In this document: one piece after another, positions 8,564 to 17,102 of the stretch | Layout of the letters: every line of letters begins with the position of its first letter | Numbering within the stretch: the first letter of the stretch is position 1 | Source of the DNA: Candidatus Omnitrophota bacterium | GTDB lineage: Bacteria; Omnitrophota; Gorgyraeia; 1-14-0-20-64-10 | Length of the DNA stretch: 50,271 nt | Direction: 5' to 3' | NCBI GenBank assembly: GCA_023818695.1 | Contig: JAMWCF010000004.1 | Span: 1-50,271, forward strand | The notes under the pieces: generated by a model | The model's database searches: none | Told to the model about the DNA's origin: nothing | Seen by the model: the letters and a program-made list of their open reading frames with translations, nothing else | Translations under genes and position numbers: made by a program

Positions 8564-10332
8564 GGGCCAGCGGATTCCCTCGCCTTGAGCATCTTGAGAT
8601 TCGAAGCCGCCATCTCAAAGTCCGGGTCGATCTGGAGCGCTTTTTCCCACATCTCCTGCGCCTTCCCGAATTCACCCCTCTTGAAATAAACCGCCCCGAG
8701 GTTGTTGTAGACCGCCTTGTAGCCGGGGTTCAGCTGGAGGGCCTTCTCGTAGCTCCTGATGGCCTGTTCAAACTGGCCTGATTTCAGACAGGCGTTGCCC
8801 AGGTTGTTGTAGGTCTTCGGGTTATGCGGATTGAGCTGAAGGGCTTTCTGGTACTGGACAATGGCCCTTGGATAATCCCCTTTCAGGTCGTAGGCGATCC
8901 CCAGGTTGTCGTGGGCCTGATCGAATGCTGGGTTGATCCGGACCGCTTCCTGGAACTCCCGCACCGCCCTGTCGACCTCCCCCCGATCGAGAGAGAGAAC
9001 CCCCAGCTCGTTGTGCGCCCGGAAAGAACCGGGAGAATAGCGGATCGCCAGCTCGAAAAAGCCGACAGGGTCCCTCCAGATCCGGTTCTGCCGGATGGTC
9101 AGCGCCGAAAAAAGAACGAGGACGGCAACGGATACAAGAAACCCTCCCCTGCGAACGCTCCCTTTCAGTTCCGGCTTCAATAACTCCGTCCCATCGGCGA
9201 TCCCTCCTAAAATCGAGGCAAAAAAACCGATGGAGGGCAGGTAGAGCCAGTGATCCGCAATCGTTGTGTTGATCGGCACGATGTTGGCCATCGGCAGGAG
9301 AGCGATGAAAAACCAGCTCAAGCCGAAAAAACACCCTTTGGACCGTTTGTAAACCCAGGCCATGAAAAAGCCGATAGCCAGCAGGGCCGCTATCGAACCC
9401 CATGTTCGGAACTCCCAAAACCCGGCTGAAAACGGGATGCTCTTCTCTATGTGAATCCGGACCGGCACGAAGAGGGATCCGATGAGGCGGACGAAGGCCT
9501 CTGCCGTCGTCAGCAGGCGTACCGTCAGGGGAGGGGCCGCCTGCTCGGACGGCGTCGGGAAATTCAGGACGGTCAACCGGAGCGCCGCGTAAAGGCCCAG
9601 GAGGAGCACGAACGGAATCGTTTTCCAGGCCTGATCCTTCCGAAAAACCAGCACAGCCGCCAGCAGAAGCAGGGGAAAGGCCACAGCCATCTCCTTGGAC
9701 AGCAGAGCGCACAGGAAAGAAGCGAGGGACAGGAGATAGAGCAAAGGATTCAACGGCGCGCAAGCCGGTCTCCCTGTTTTCCCTGGTTTTCCGGGCTTCC
9801 CCTTCTTTGCCTCCGCCCCAACCCTGCTCGCTTCGTACCCCCATGCCTTGAAGAAGAGCCACAGGGAAAGGAGCGAGAAAAAGGCCGCCTGGGAATCGGC
9901 CCTGGAGGAGATGTAGTCGACCACGGTGCTGTTGATCGGGTGAACCAGGAAAAGCAGACCGGTTCCAACGGCGACCCACCGCCTCCCGAAAAGGAGATCG
10001 AAGAGCAGGAAGGAGAAAAAGGCGCACAGGATATGGAACACCAGGGAGGTGAGGTGGTAGCCCAACGGGTTCAGCTTCCAGATGGAAAAATCGAACAGAA
10101 GGAAAAGGGTCTGCAGGGGCCGGTAAAAGTTGCTCACCCCCGCCGTGCTGTCATAGAGGTGCCGGCTGAAGATTTCCGGCAGGTACCGCAGATCCCGGAT
10201 CAGGTGGTTGTTGACAACCAGGTACGGGTCGTCCCAGATAAAAGGGCTTTGCAGGGAGTTGGCATAGACGGCCAAGCCAATCAGCGCGTATCCCAGCAGG
10301 ACAACCGCGTTGAAAACCGGTTTTCTCCCCAT
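8560..10332 (-). CDS. TMTC-like GT-C protein glycosyltransferase with C-terminal TPR repeats (590 aa)
   Basis: First-loop SPFIWDDPYLV, FYRPL, GYHLTSLVFH, FLVHP, ALLSKEMA, ADHWLYLPS, RQNRIW, many TM helices, then TPRs (AHNELG, AHDNLG, TYNNLG, VYNNLG). The ATG at 10332 overlaps the upstream stop. Confidence 0.88.
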   Translation of the reverse strand: MGRKPVFNAVVLLGYALIGLAVYANSLQSPFIWDDPYLVVNNHLIRDLRYLPEIFSRHLYDSTAGVSNFYRPLQTLFLLFDFSIWKLNPLGYHLTSLVFHILCAFFSFLLFDLLFGRRWVAVGTGLLFLVHPINSTVVDYISSRADSQAAFFSLLSLWLFFKAWGYEASRVGAEAKKGKPGKPGKTGRPACAPLNPLLYLLSLASFLCALLSKEMAVAFPLLLLAAVLVFRKDQAWKTIPFVLLLGLYAALRLTVLNFPTPSEQAAPPLTVRLLTTAEAFVRLIGSLFVPVRIHIEKSIPFSAGFWEFRTWGSIAALLAIGFFMAWVYKRSKGCFFGLSWFFIALLPMANIVPINTTIADHWLYLPSIGFFASILGGIADGTELLKPELKGSVRRGGFLVSVAVLVLFSALTIRQNRIWRDPVGFFELAIRYSPGSFRAHNELGVLSLDRGEVDRAVREFQEAVRINPAFDQAHDNLGIAYDLKGDYPRAIVQYQKALQLNPHNPKTYNNLGNACLKSGQFEQAIRSYEKALQLNPGYKAVYNNLGAVYFKRGEFGKAQEMWEKALQIDPDFEMAASNLKMLKARESAGP

Positions 10333-11213
10333 CAAGCAGCCTTCCCCAAAACCCACAGGACGTTGCAAGGCGTCAGAAAATTCAGCGGGGTCGACAAACT
10401 GCTTATCATCCCCTTCGGGTTGAAAAGCTCGTAAAATCGGGCCGGGAACCGCCGGAGCCGCAGAAACCGGTAAAAGCTCGGCACCCAATTGGGGATCGTG
10501 TCGGTCCCCCTGTCGACGATCCGGATCCCGAGCCGGTCGAACAGGGCGAACAGCGACCGGCTGTTGAAATGCCACAGGTGCCGGGGAGGATCCCACAGGT
10601 TCCAGTACCTGCCGAAGAGCCGGCGTTCGAAACAGCCGGTGTTCGGCACCACGACATAAAAGGAGGAAACACCCGATTCCCTCAGATTGTTCAGCAGCAT
10701 GGCCGGCTCTTTGACGTGCTCCAGAACATGCCGGATGATTGCCGTCGCGCAGCCCCGAATGCCTGGATTTTCAATCCGGCAGCGGTCATAATCGATGCGG
10801 GCGTAAGGAACATCCTGTCTCTCCTTCAGCAGCAGGGGCCGTTCCGGCTGCGAATCAACAGCCAACACGGGAAATCCCCTGGACCAGATGAGGCGCGAGA
10901 AATCCCCCGTCCCGCATCCTATGTCGACGAACATCCCCGGCTCGATCCGGCGAAGGATCCTGTTGAGTTCCATGGAAAGCAGGATGTTTTTGAGGACGGA
11001 ATGGATCCTGCCGGGGGCCGACTTCATCAGGATGCCGACGTCCGCCTGGTAATACCTGCTCAAGTCGTCCGGCACAGGGACCGTCTTCATCACCGAACAG
11101 CAGTCCCACTCTTCGATCGAAAAGGTTTCCGGACCCGCGATATCCGGCACACCGTCGATCCTCCGGCCGGGTTTTGAACCGGGTCGACCGCAGATCAGGC
11201 AACCGGACGTCAC
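10332..11213 (-). CDS. Class I SAM-dependent methyltransferase (293 aa)
   Basis: N-terminal CLICG, VDIGCGTG motif I, RHVLEHVKEP, WDPPRHLWHF. GTG start at 11213 overlaps the GT9 stop, with a GGAGG RBS. Confidence 0.85.
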   Translation of the reverse strand: MTSGCLICGRPGSKPGRRIDGVPDIAGPETFSIEEWDCCSVMKTVPVPDDLSRYYQADVGILMKSAPGRIHSVLKNILLSMELNRILRRIEPGMFVDIGCGTGDFSRLIWSRGFPVLAVDSQPERPLLLKERQDVPYARIDYDRCRIENPGIRGCATAIIRHVLEHVKEPAMLLNNLRESGVSSFYVVVPNTGCFERRLFGRYWNLWDPPRHLWHFNSRSLFALFDRLGIRIVDRGTDTIPNWVPSFYRFLRLRRFPARFYELFNPKGMISSLSTPLNFLTPCNVLWVLGKAA

Positions 11214-12361
11214 CCCTCCCTCCGGGGGAGCAGGAGATCCGACGCCGCAGCAGCAATCTCCTGCGCTGGAATCTCCTGAAGGCACCGGACATGGATCGGA
11301 CAGGCGGGGGTATAGCCGAACCGGGTGCAGGGACTGCAGGGCAGATGCCGGTTCAGGACCCGGACCAGGCCGCCCGGGGGAGCCCATTTCTCCTCGATCC
11401 CGGAGCCGAAGAGGGCGACCACCGGCGTCCCGAGGCCGTAAGCCAGATGCATCAGCCCGGAGTCGGCGCCGATAAAAACCGTGGAAGCCCTCAAAAGGGC
11501 GGCTGTCTGGAGAATGCTTGTTTTCCCCGCCATGTTGATCAAGGACGTTCCTTGGCACGATCCCTCAATCCGTTCCGCCAGAGGAGCTTCCTGCTTGCTC
11601 CCTATCAGGCAGACCGAAAATCCCCTCTCAAGCAGAAGGGAAACCAGCCGGAGGAGCTTTCCCTCTTCCAGCCGGCGCTCCCGGATCGACCCTCCCAAAG
11701 CGACCGCCGCGGCATTCCTGCCCTCCAGAAGCCGGCGCGCCCAATCGGCCTCTTCCCGGGGGAGAGCCAGAAACGGCCTGCTCCAATCCCACCGGTGCAT
11801 CCGCCCGGTGACGGCCCGCAGCATGTTCAGGAAAGAGATCCCTTCGAACTCATCGTGCCGGTACGCGACCATCTTCGTGTAGCAATGGCGGCGCAGGGGA
11901 TTCGTGTCAAAACCGATCCGGCACGGGGCGTTCAAAGAGGCGGCGATAAAGGCGTTGAGCAGGTGCCATTGCTCGGTGTCGAACACGAGATCGTATCTGT
12001 CGGCTTTCAGGATCCCCCACCACCTCCAGGGAGCCGTATCATAGCAGTAAACGCGGCGGATCGCCGAGTCCGGCGCCATCTTGAAAACTCCTGCGTTTCT
12101 TCCTTCCGCCAGCACATCGATGGTCGCTTGTGGAAAGGTCTCCTTGAGCTGTCGGATCATCGGCACCAGAAGAACCGCGTCCCCCAGCCCCCCCGGCCGG
12201 ATGATCAAGACCCGGTTCACCTCCTCCGGCACCGGCTTCTCCGCCGGGCGCCGGAAGCGGCCGGGAAACAGGAGAATCCGCCCAACGCACCAGTCGAGGA
12301 GCTTCAATCCCTTGATGCGCCACGGACCAGAACAGGCGACGACCTCCCTTAGAGTCGGCAT
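11210..12361 (-). CDS. Glycosyltransferase family 9 (heptosyltransferase-like)
   Basis: RVLIIRPGGLGDAVL, FIGADSGLMHLAYGLGTPVVALFG, LPCSPC..C..CLQEI. Confidence 0.9.
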   Translation of the reverse strand: MPTLREVVACSGPWRIKGLKLLDWCVGRILLFPGRFRRPAEKPVPEEVNRVLIIRPGGLGDAVLLVPMIRQLKETFPQATIDVLAEGRNAGVFKMAPDSAIRRVYCYDTAPWRWWGILKADRYDLVFDTEQWHLLNAFIAASLNAPCRIGFDTNPLRRHCYTKMVAYRHDEFEGISFLNMLRAVTGRMHRWDWSRPFLALPREEADWARRLLEGRNAAAVALGGSIRERRLEEGKLLRLVSLLLERGFSVCLIGSKQEAPLAERIEGSCQGTSLINMAGKTSILQTAALLRASTVFIGADSGLMHLAYGLGTPVVALFGSGIEEKWAPPGGLVRVLNRHLPCSPCTRFGYTPACPIHVRCLQEIPAQEIAAAASDLLLPRREG

Positions 12362-12368
12362 CCAACTC

Positions 12369-13238
12369 TCAACGATACAGGGTCAGGATGACCGATCCGA
12401 TCCATAAAAGAAGGGCCAGGAGCAGCGGCGGATCCGATAAAACGGCGTCGGTCGGATCCAGCGCTTTCTTCTGGATGTGCATCAAGTAAAGGTACCGGAA
12501 AATCCCGTAAACCACAAAAGGAACCGTGTAGATGAAGCCGAACTGGCCCACTCTGGAGGTCACCTCCGGGGAGACGCAGTAGAGGGCGTAGCAGAGGATG
12601 GCGGAGGCGGTCAGGATGGCGGTCAGCTGATCGATGAAAGCCGGGCTGTAATCGGACAGAACTTTTCGGTGGCGCAGGGCGGAGGAATGCAGGACGGCCA
12701 ATTCCTGACGGCGCTTCGACAAACCAAGAAAAAGCCCCAGGAAAAACATGCTCAACTGCAGCCAGTGGGAAGGGATCACGTTCACCGCGACGGCCCCGGC
12801 CCAGACCCTTACGACAAACCCTCCGGAAATGGTCATGGCGTCGAGAATAACCTGCTTCTTGAGGACGGCGGAGTAGGCGGCGTTCATGGCAAGATAAACC
12901 AGAAGGACCCCTCCCAGACGGGGATCCTGCCGGTAGGCCAGCGCCTCGGCGGCCGCCATCAGCGCGGCCGAAAGAACCCAGACCTGCCGGAGAGGAATCT
13001 TTTCGGCGGCAATCGGCCTGTTCCTTTTCATGGGGTGGAACCGGTCCACCCGCCTGTCTAAGAGGTCGTTCATCAAGTAGACGCCGCTGGAGGCCATACA
13101 AAAAATGCCGACTGCGAAGAGGGCGTCGGCGATCAGGGCCGGATCGGTCATCTTCGCGGAGAAAATGAGGGGAGCCATAATGACGACGTTTTTCAGCCAC
13201 TGCCTGACCCGCAGACTATCTAGAAACGCCGCGATCAT
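12369..13238 (-). CDS. UbiA-family prenyltransferase, decaprenyl-phosphate phosphoribosyltransferase-like
   Basis: LRVRQWLKN, SSGVYLMNDLLD..DRFHPMKRNRPIA, YSAVLKK..ILD, LSKRRQEL, PFVVYGIFRY, DPTD; multiple TM helices; AAGGAGG RBS. Confidence 0.9.
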   Translation of the reverse strand: MIAAFLDSLRVRQWLKNVVIMAPLIFSAKMTDPALIADALFAVGIFCMASSGVYLMNDLLDRRVDRFHPMKRNRPIAAEKIPLRQVWVLSAALMAAAEALAYRQDPRLGGVLLVYLAMNAAYSAVLKKQVILDAMTISGGFVVRVWAGAVAVNVIPSHWLQLSMFFLGLFLGLSKRRQELAVLHSSALRHRKVLSDYSPAFIDQLTAILTASAILCYALYCVSPEVTSRVGQFGFIYTVPFVVYGIFRYLYLMHIQKKALDPTDAVLSDPPLLLALLLWIGSVILTLYR

Positions 13239-15184
13239 GCCGCCTCCTTGATCGAAATTTTTCCGAAAGGAATATCCAGAGGGCTGGGAAAGAGTCCTTC
13301 CCTCTCCGCGTGAGGAACGACGCGCCGGTTCAACTCATCCAGAAGGCGGACCATGACGGTGTAAGTGCCCGCCGGAATCCTCTTCGGGACAAGCAGCCAC
13401 AGGTGTTCCCGGAACAGATACCCCGGCTCCCAGAGCGAGGTGGGGTAAAACCGGTATCCGATCGGGTGGATCGTCTCCTTGACCGGTTTGCCCTCCGCAT
13501 TGAACCACGTCAGCTGAACGGCATACATCGTCTGTCCCTCAAAAACCGTCTGCCAAACAAGGGAAAGTGGTATCGCCTGACCCGGCTGTGCCGAGCCCAC
13601 TTCCTGCTGTTCGGGCTTAAGAAGACGCATCCCCCCTTCAAACTGCCAGTAAGATTCCCTGCGCAACTGGATCTTCTCCTGGCTTATTTCGAAGAGATGG
13701 ATCGGGGAGGGTTCGCCCCTCTTTAAAAAGACAAGCCCCTCAACCGCTTCGATGAGCCGCCACGGGTGCCGATGGTAGAAAATGTAGAGGTTGTTTGCCA
13801 GCTTCGGCATCTGGAGGAGCTTGCTGATCATCTGCGGGTCGTTGACATCGATCAGCAGGTATTCGGCCTGCTCCGGCATGACGTATTCCTTTCGCTCATC
13901 GGCCATTCGGTTGCGGTTCATGTAGACGTTGTGAAACCCATACAGATGCTCTCTGGAAGACAAGGGGGCGAGGAAGTGGAAAGAGGCGATCACTCCGGCA
14001 TCGGTCGGGATTTTCCGGATCAATTCGGCCCGCTTCCAGTCCATGTCATCCCGAAAAAGCTTCACGGGAAAGGAAAACTGCTCCGGCGTCGTGACCCCCC
14101 AGGGACCCCACATCCACTGTGAAAAAATGGATGAGCCGATCAGCGCGAGGCCCAACAGCAGGGGAAGCGGCCTGAATCCCGGAAAGAGCTTCAGAAGGCG
14201 GCCGGCGCCGTAGGCGGCCCCCAGGAAAACGAAGGAAGAGGGGGTCGCCGCGTAATGGTAAAAGATCTGCTGTTCGGGAAACCTCTTCGAAAACATGTTC
14301 AGGAGGAAAACCGGCGCCGCCATCAGCATCTTATCCACGCCGAGGAGGTTCAGAAACCCGACTGGCGCCGACAGGAGCAGCAGCCACCAGGCGTTGCTTT
14401 TTGAGAAGAAGAAATGGAGCGCCGGGCCCGGATGGAAGAAGAAATTCTTGACCACCGCCCCGGGCGAATCCCCCAGGTGATCGTAGAGGGTCCAATAGGC
14501 GGAGATCTCACCCCGGTGGGATGGAATGATCCAGAAGACGGCTGCGACAAAATAAGCCGCGGCCGCCGCCCCCACAACCGCCCACCATCCCTTTTCTTTC
14601 CTGGAAAAGAATCCCGCGAGAGCGAACATCAGGACGACCAGAGGCAAACTCTCCTTCAGCAGAATGGACGCCGCGGCGGCCGCCGTGAAGAGGAGGCGGC
14701 GGTTCTCGATGAAGGCCAGACAAAGCGTCATGAGCAGCAGCGGCGCCAGCGACTCGAAATCGAACTCAAAAGCAATCGTGTGGGTCAGCGGCGGATAGAG
14801 GAGGAAGGCGACGGCAAAACAGCGCGCCAGCAGGGGGCCGCAGATCGGCCTGACGATCGCGTAGAGCGGGATGGCCGCGGCCGTGCAGAAAAAAACCTTC
14901 AGTAGAAGCAGAAAAACGGGGGAACCGGCAACCCTGTAAAGAGGGGCGAGGAGGTAAACCAGCAGGTTCGCGTGGTTTCCGAGGATGTGAACCTGCATGA
15001 TGGAGCTGACCGGATTGCCGTGGCTTAAGTTCCACAGCATTTGGGCCGAGAGGGCCAGATCCCAATCGAAAAATTCGAAGGTCCAGAAGCGAAGGAATAG
15101 AAGAGCCGACCAGACGAGAAAAGCGGCGGCCGTGACAGCAAGGAGGAACGGGTCGACTTTTTTAGTCAGAGATCCCAGGGTCAT
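13235..15184 (-). CDS. DUF2079-like multi-pass membrane protein (putative GT-C glycosyltransferase) with C-terminal soluble domain
   Basis: FDWDLALSAQMLWNL..G, LGNH, LAPLY, LLKE, FYHY motifs, many TM helices and a C-terminal YPTSLWEPG..L.VP..IPAGTY beta domain. Confidence 0.75.
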   Translation of the reverse strand: MTLGSLTKKVDPFLLAVTAAAFLVWSALLFLRFWTFEFFDWDLALSAQMLWNLSHGNPVSSIMQVHILGNHANLLVYLLAPLYRVAGSPVFLLLLKVFFCTAAAIPLYAIVRPICGPLLARCFAVAFLLYPPLTHTIAFEFDFESLAPLLLMTLCLAFIENRRLLFTAAAAASILLKESLPLVVLMFALAGFFSRKEKGWWAVVGAAAAAYFVAAVFWIIPSHRGEISAYWTLYDHLGDSPGAVVKNFFFHPGPALHFFFSKSNAWWLLLLSAPVGFLNLLGVDKMLMAAPVFLLNMFSKRFPEQQIFYHYAATPSSFVFLGAAYGAGRLLKLFPGFRPLPLLLGLALIGSSIFSQWMWGPWGVTTPEQFSFPVKLFRDDMDWKRAELIRKIPTDAGVIASFHFLAPLSSREHLYGFHNVYMNRNRMADERKEYVMPEQAEYLLIDVNDPQMISKLLQMPKLANNLYIFYHRHPWRLIEAVEGLVFLKRGEPSPIHLFEISQEKIQLRRESYWQFEGGMRLLKPEQQEVGSAQPGQAIPLSLVWQTVFEGQTMYAVQLTWFNAEGKPVKETIHPIGYRFYPTSLWEPGYLFREHLWLLVPKRIPAGTYTVMVRLLDELNRRVVPHAEREGLFPSPLDIPFGKISIKEAA

Positions 15185-15245
15185 TGATTGTCATGTACGA
15201 TCCCTCCATAGTATACTTCGACTACGAAGTCAGTGGAGGAATGAA

Positions 15246-17099
15246 TTGCGTCGATTATCGGCTGCGAGGTGCGCCATCCTGGGAATCGCGCTGTGGGGAA
15301 CGTTGGCGCTCGCGATCTGCCCCTATCCCCTCCTCTCTCAAGAACAGACGGACCCTCGAAGCGGGCCGGTCCAGATCGACAAGCCGGCCGAAGGACAGTT
15401 CATCAGAGGGACCGTTTCCATCCGGATTCGGACGGACTCCTCCGAAGCAATCGGGCAGGTCATGGTGTCGCGTGACAACTCTTTCCTGGACTCCTCGGAC
15501 AAAGCTCCCTACGACGTTTCCTGGGACACGCGGCTGGAAGCGGACGGACCGCACACGCTGACGGCCCGTCTCCAGACCTCCGACGGGCGGTGGAGCGGCT
15601 CCTCCGAACCGGTCGGCGTCGTCGTTGACAACACCCCTCCGGAGATCCGGATCCTCTCCCCGGAGGACAAAAGCGTGATCGCCGGAAAGATGGAGCTTCG
15701 GGCGGACGCCTCCGACAACTTTGGGGTGTCCGAGGTTCGCTTCTTCATCGGGAATGTCATGGTGGGGTCGGTCTCCGCCGACCCCTACGCGATCAGATGG
15801 GACCCCGCTTCCTTTCCGAACACCACCCATATCCTGAAAGCATCCGCCGTGGACCGAGCCGGCAATGAAGCCGTCTCCCAGAGCGTCCGGATCAAGGTCT
15901 CCAACCCCAACAATCCCCCCCTGCTGAATCCCCTGCCCGCCGTCCTGGAGGCCAACGAAGGGGAAACCTTCTCCCTTTCCCTCTCCGCCTACGACCCGGA
16001 GGGTCCCCGGGACCCGGTCACTTTCAAAGCACAGGGACTTCTGCCCTGGATGAGCTTCGATGAAAAAAAGGGAGAGCTCCTGGGAACGGCCCCTTTCAGC
16101 CTGGCGTCGATGGTGGAACCGGAGTGGACGGCCCAAATGACTTTCCGGGCGTGCGACCCCCAGCCACTGTGCAGCGAACCGCAGATCGTGACCCTGCGCG
16201 TCTTCCATGTCAACCGAGCGCCGGAGATCTCTCCCCTGCCCCGGCGTGAGGTTTACGAAGGGGAACCCCTTATCTTCACCATCGGCTCCGCTCTGGACCC
16301 GGACAAAGATCCGCTCACCTATTCGGCGCGGCGGCTTCCTCCCTGGCTGAAATTCGACCCGAAAACCCTGACTTTCAGCGGGACGCCCGGTTTCGACACC
16401 GCTTCCACCGATGAGCCGGAAACCGACTATCCTAAGGTCCGGGTCATCGTCTGCGATCCGGAACCTCTGTGCGCCGCCGCCGAATTCGACGTCGTCGTCC
16501 GAGACACGAACAGGCCGCCGGAGCTGGAAAAGATCGGGTCACAGATCGCCGTCGAAGGGACGCTCCTCGAGTTCGAGGTCCGGGCCGAAGACCCGGATGG
16601 TGACGCGCTCGCCTTTTCCGCCGCACCGCTGCCCGAAGGGGCCTCTTTCATCGGCGACCGGGACGGGACAGCAACCTTCTCCTGGAAGACGCGGCTCGAC
16701 CAGGCAGGCCGGTATCTGGTGACATTTTCAGTTGAGGAAACGCAAGGCCGGCTTTCCGACAAGGAAGAGGTGGCGATCGTCCTCCAGGAAACATCCCTTT
16801 CGATTTCAGGATTCGTTCACAGGAGCGGTTCAGGAGAGCCGGTCGAGGGGGCGGTCTTGAGTTTGGAGCGATCCGGACAGGTCAGCAAAACAGCGACAAC
16901 GGACAAGGATGGTTTCTACCTGATCAGCGGCGCTGCCCCGGGCACCTATTCAGTCAGAGTCAGCTACACGCCGAACTATGAATTTTCATCCGAAGGCCAG
17001 AGTCTCGCGGGACTGCACTTCGATCCAATCAGCCGTCCGATCACCCTGACCGACTCGGACCAGCAGAAGGTCAACTTCACCGGCATTCCGTACGAATAA
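15246..17099 (+). CDS. Secreted protein with bacterial Ig-like domains, cadherin/He_PIG-like repeats and a C-terminal carboxypeptidase-regulatory-like domain (617 aa)
   Basis: TTG start 6 nt after GGAGG, then a signal peptide. Two Ig-like units (APYDVSWDT..DGPHTLTA; ADPYAIRWD..SAVDRAGN), N-x-x-P..EG..A.DP(D/E)..LP.W..FD repeats, and TTDKDGFYLISGAAPGTYSV. Confidence 0.82.
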   Translation: MRRLSAARCAILGIALWGTLALAICPYPLLSQEQTDPRSGPVQIDKPAEGQFIRGTVSIRIRTDSSEAIGQVMVSRDNSFLDSSDKAPYDVSWDTRLEADGPHTLTARLQTSDGRWSGSSEPVGVVVDNTPPEIRILSPEDKSVIAGKMELRADASDNFGVSEVRFFIGNVMVGSVSADPYAIRWDPASFPNTTHILKASAVDRAGNEAVSQSVRIKVSNPNNPPLLNPLPAVLEANEGETFSLSLSAYDPEGPRDPVTFKAQGLLPWMSFDEKKGELLGTAPFSLASMVEPEWTAQMTFRACDPQPLCSEPQIVTLRVFHVNRAPEISPLPRREVYEGEPLIFTIGSALDPDKDPLTYSARRLPPWLKFDPKTLTFSGTPGFDTASTDEPETDYPKVRVIVCDPEPLCAAAEFDVVVRDTNRPPELEKIGSQIAVEGTLLEFEVRAEDPDGDALAFSAAPLPEGASFIGDRDGTATFSWKTRLDQAGRYLVTFSVEETQGRLSDKEEVAIVLQETSLSISGFVHRSGSGEPVEGAVLSLERSGQVSKTATTDKDGFYLISGAAPGTYSVRVSYTPNYEFSSEGQSLAGLHFDPISRPITLTDSDQQKVNFTGIPYE

Positions 17100-17102
17100 A
17101 AA

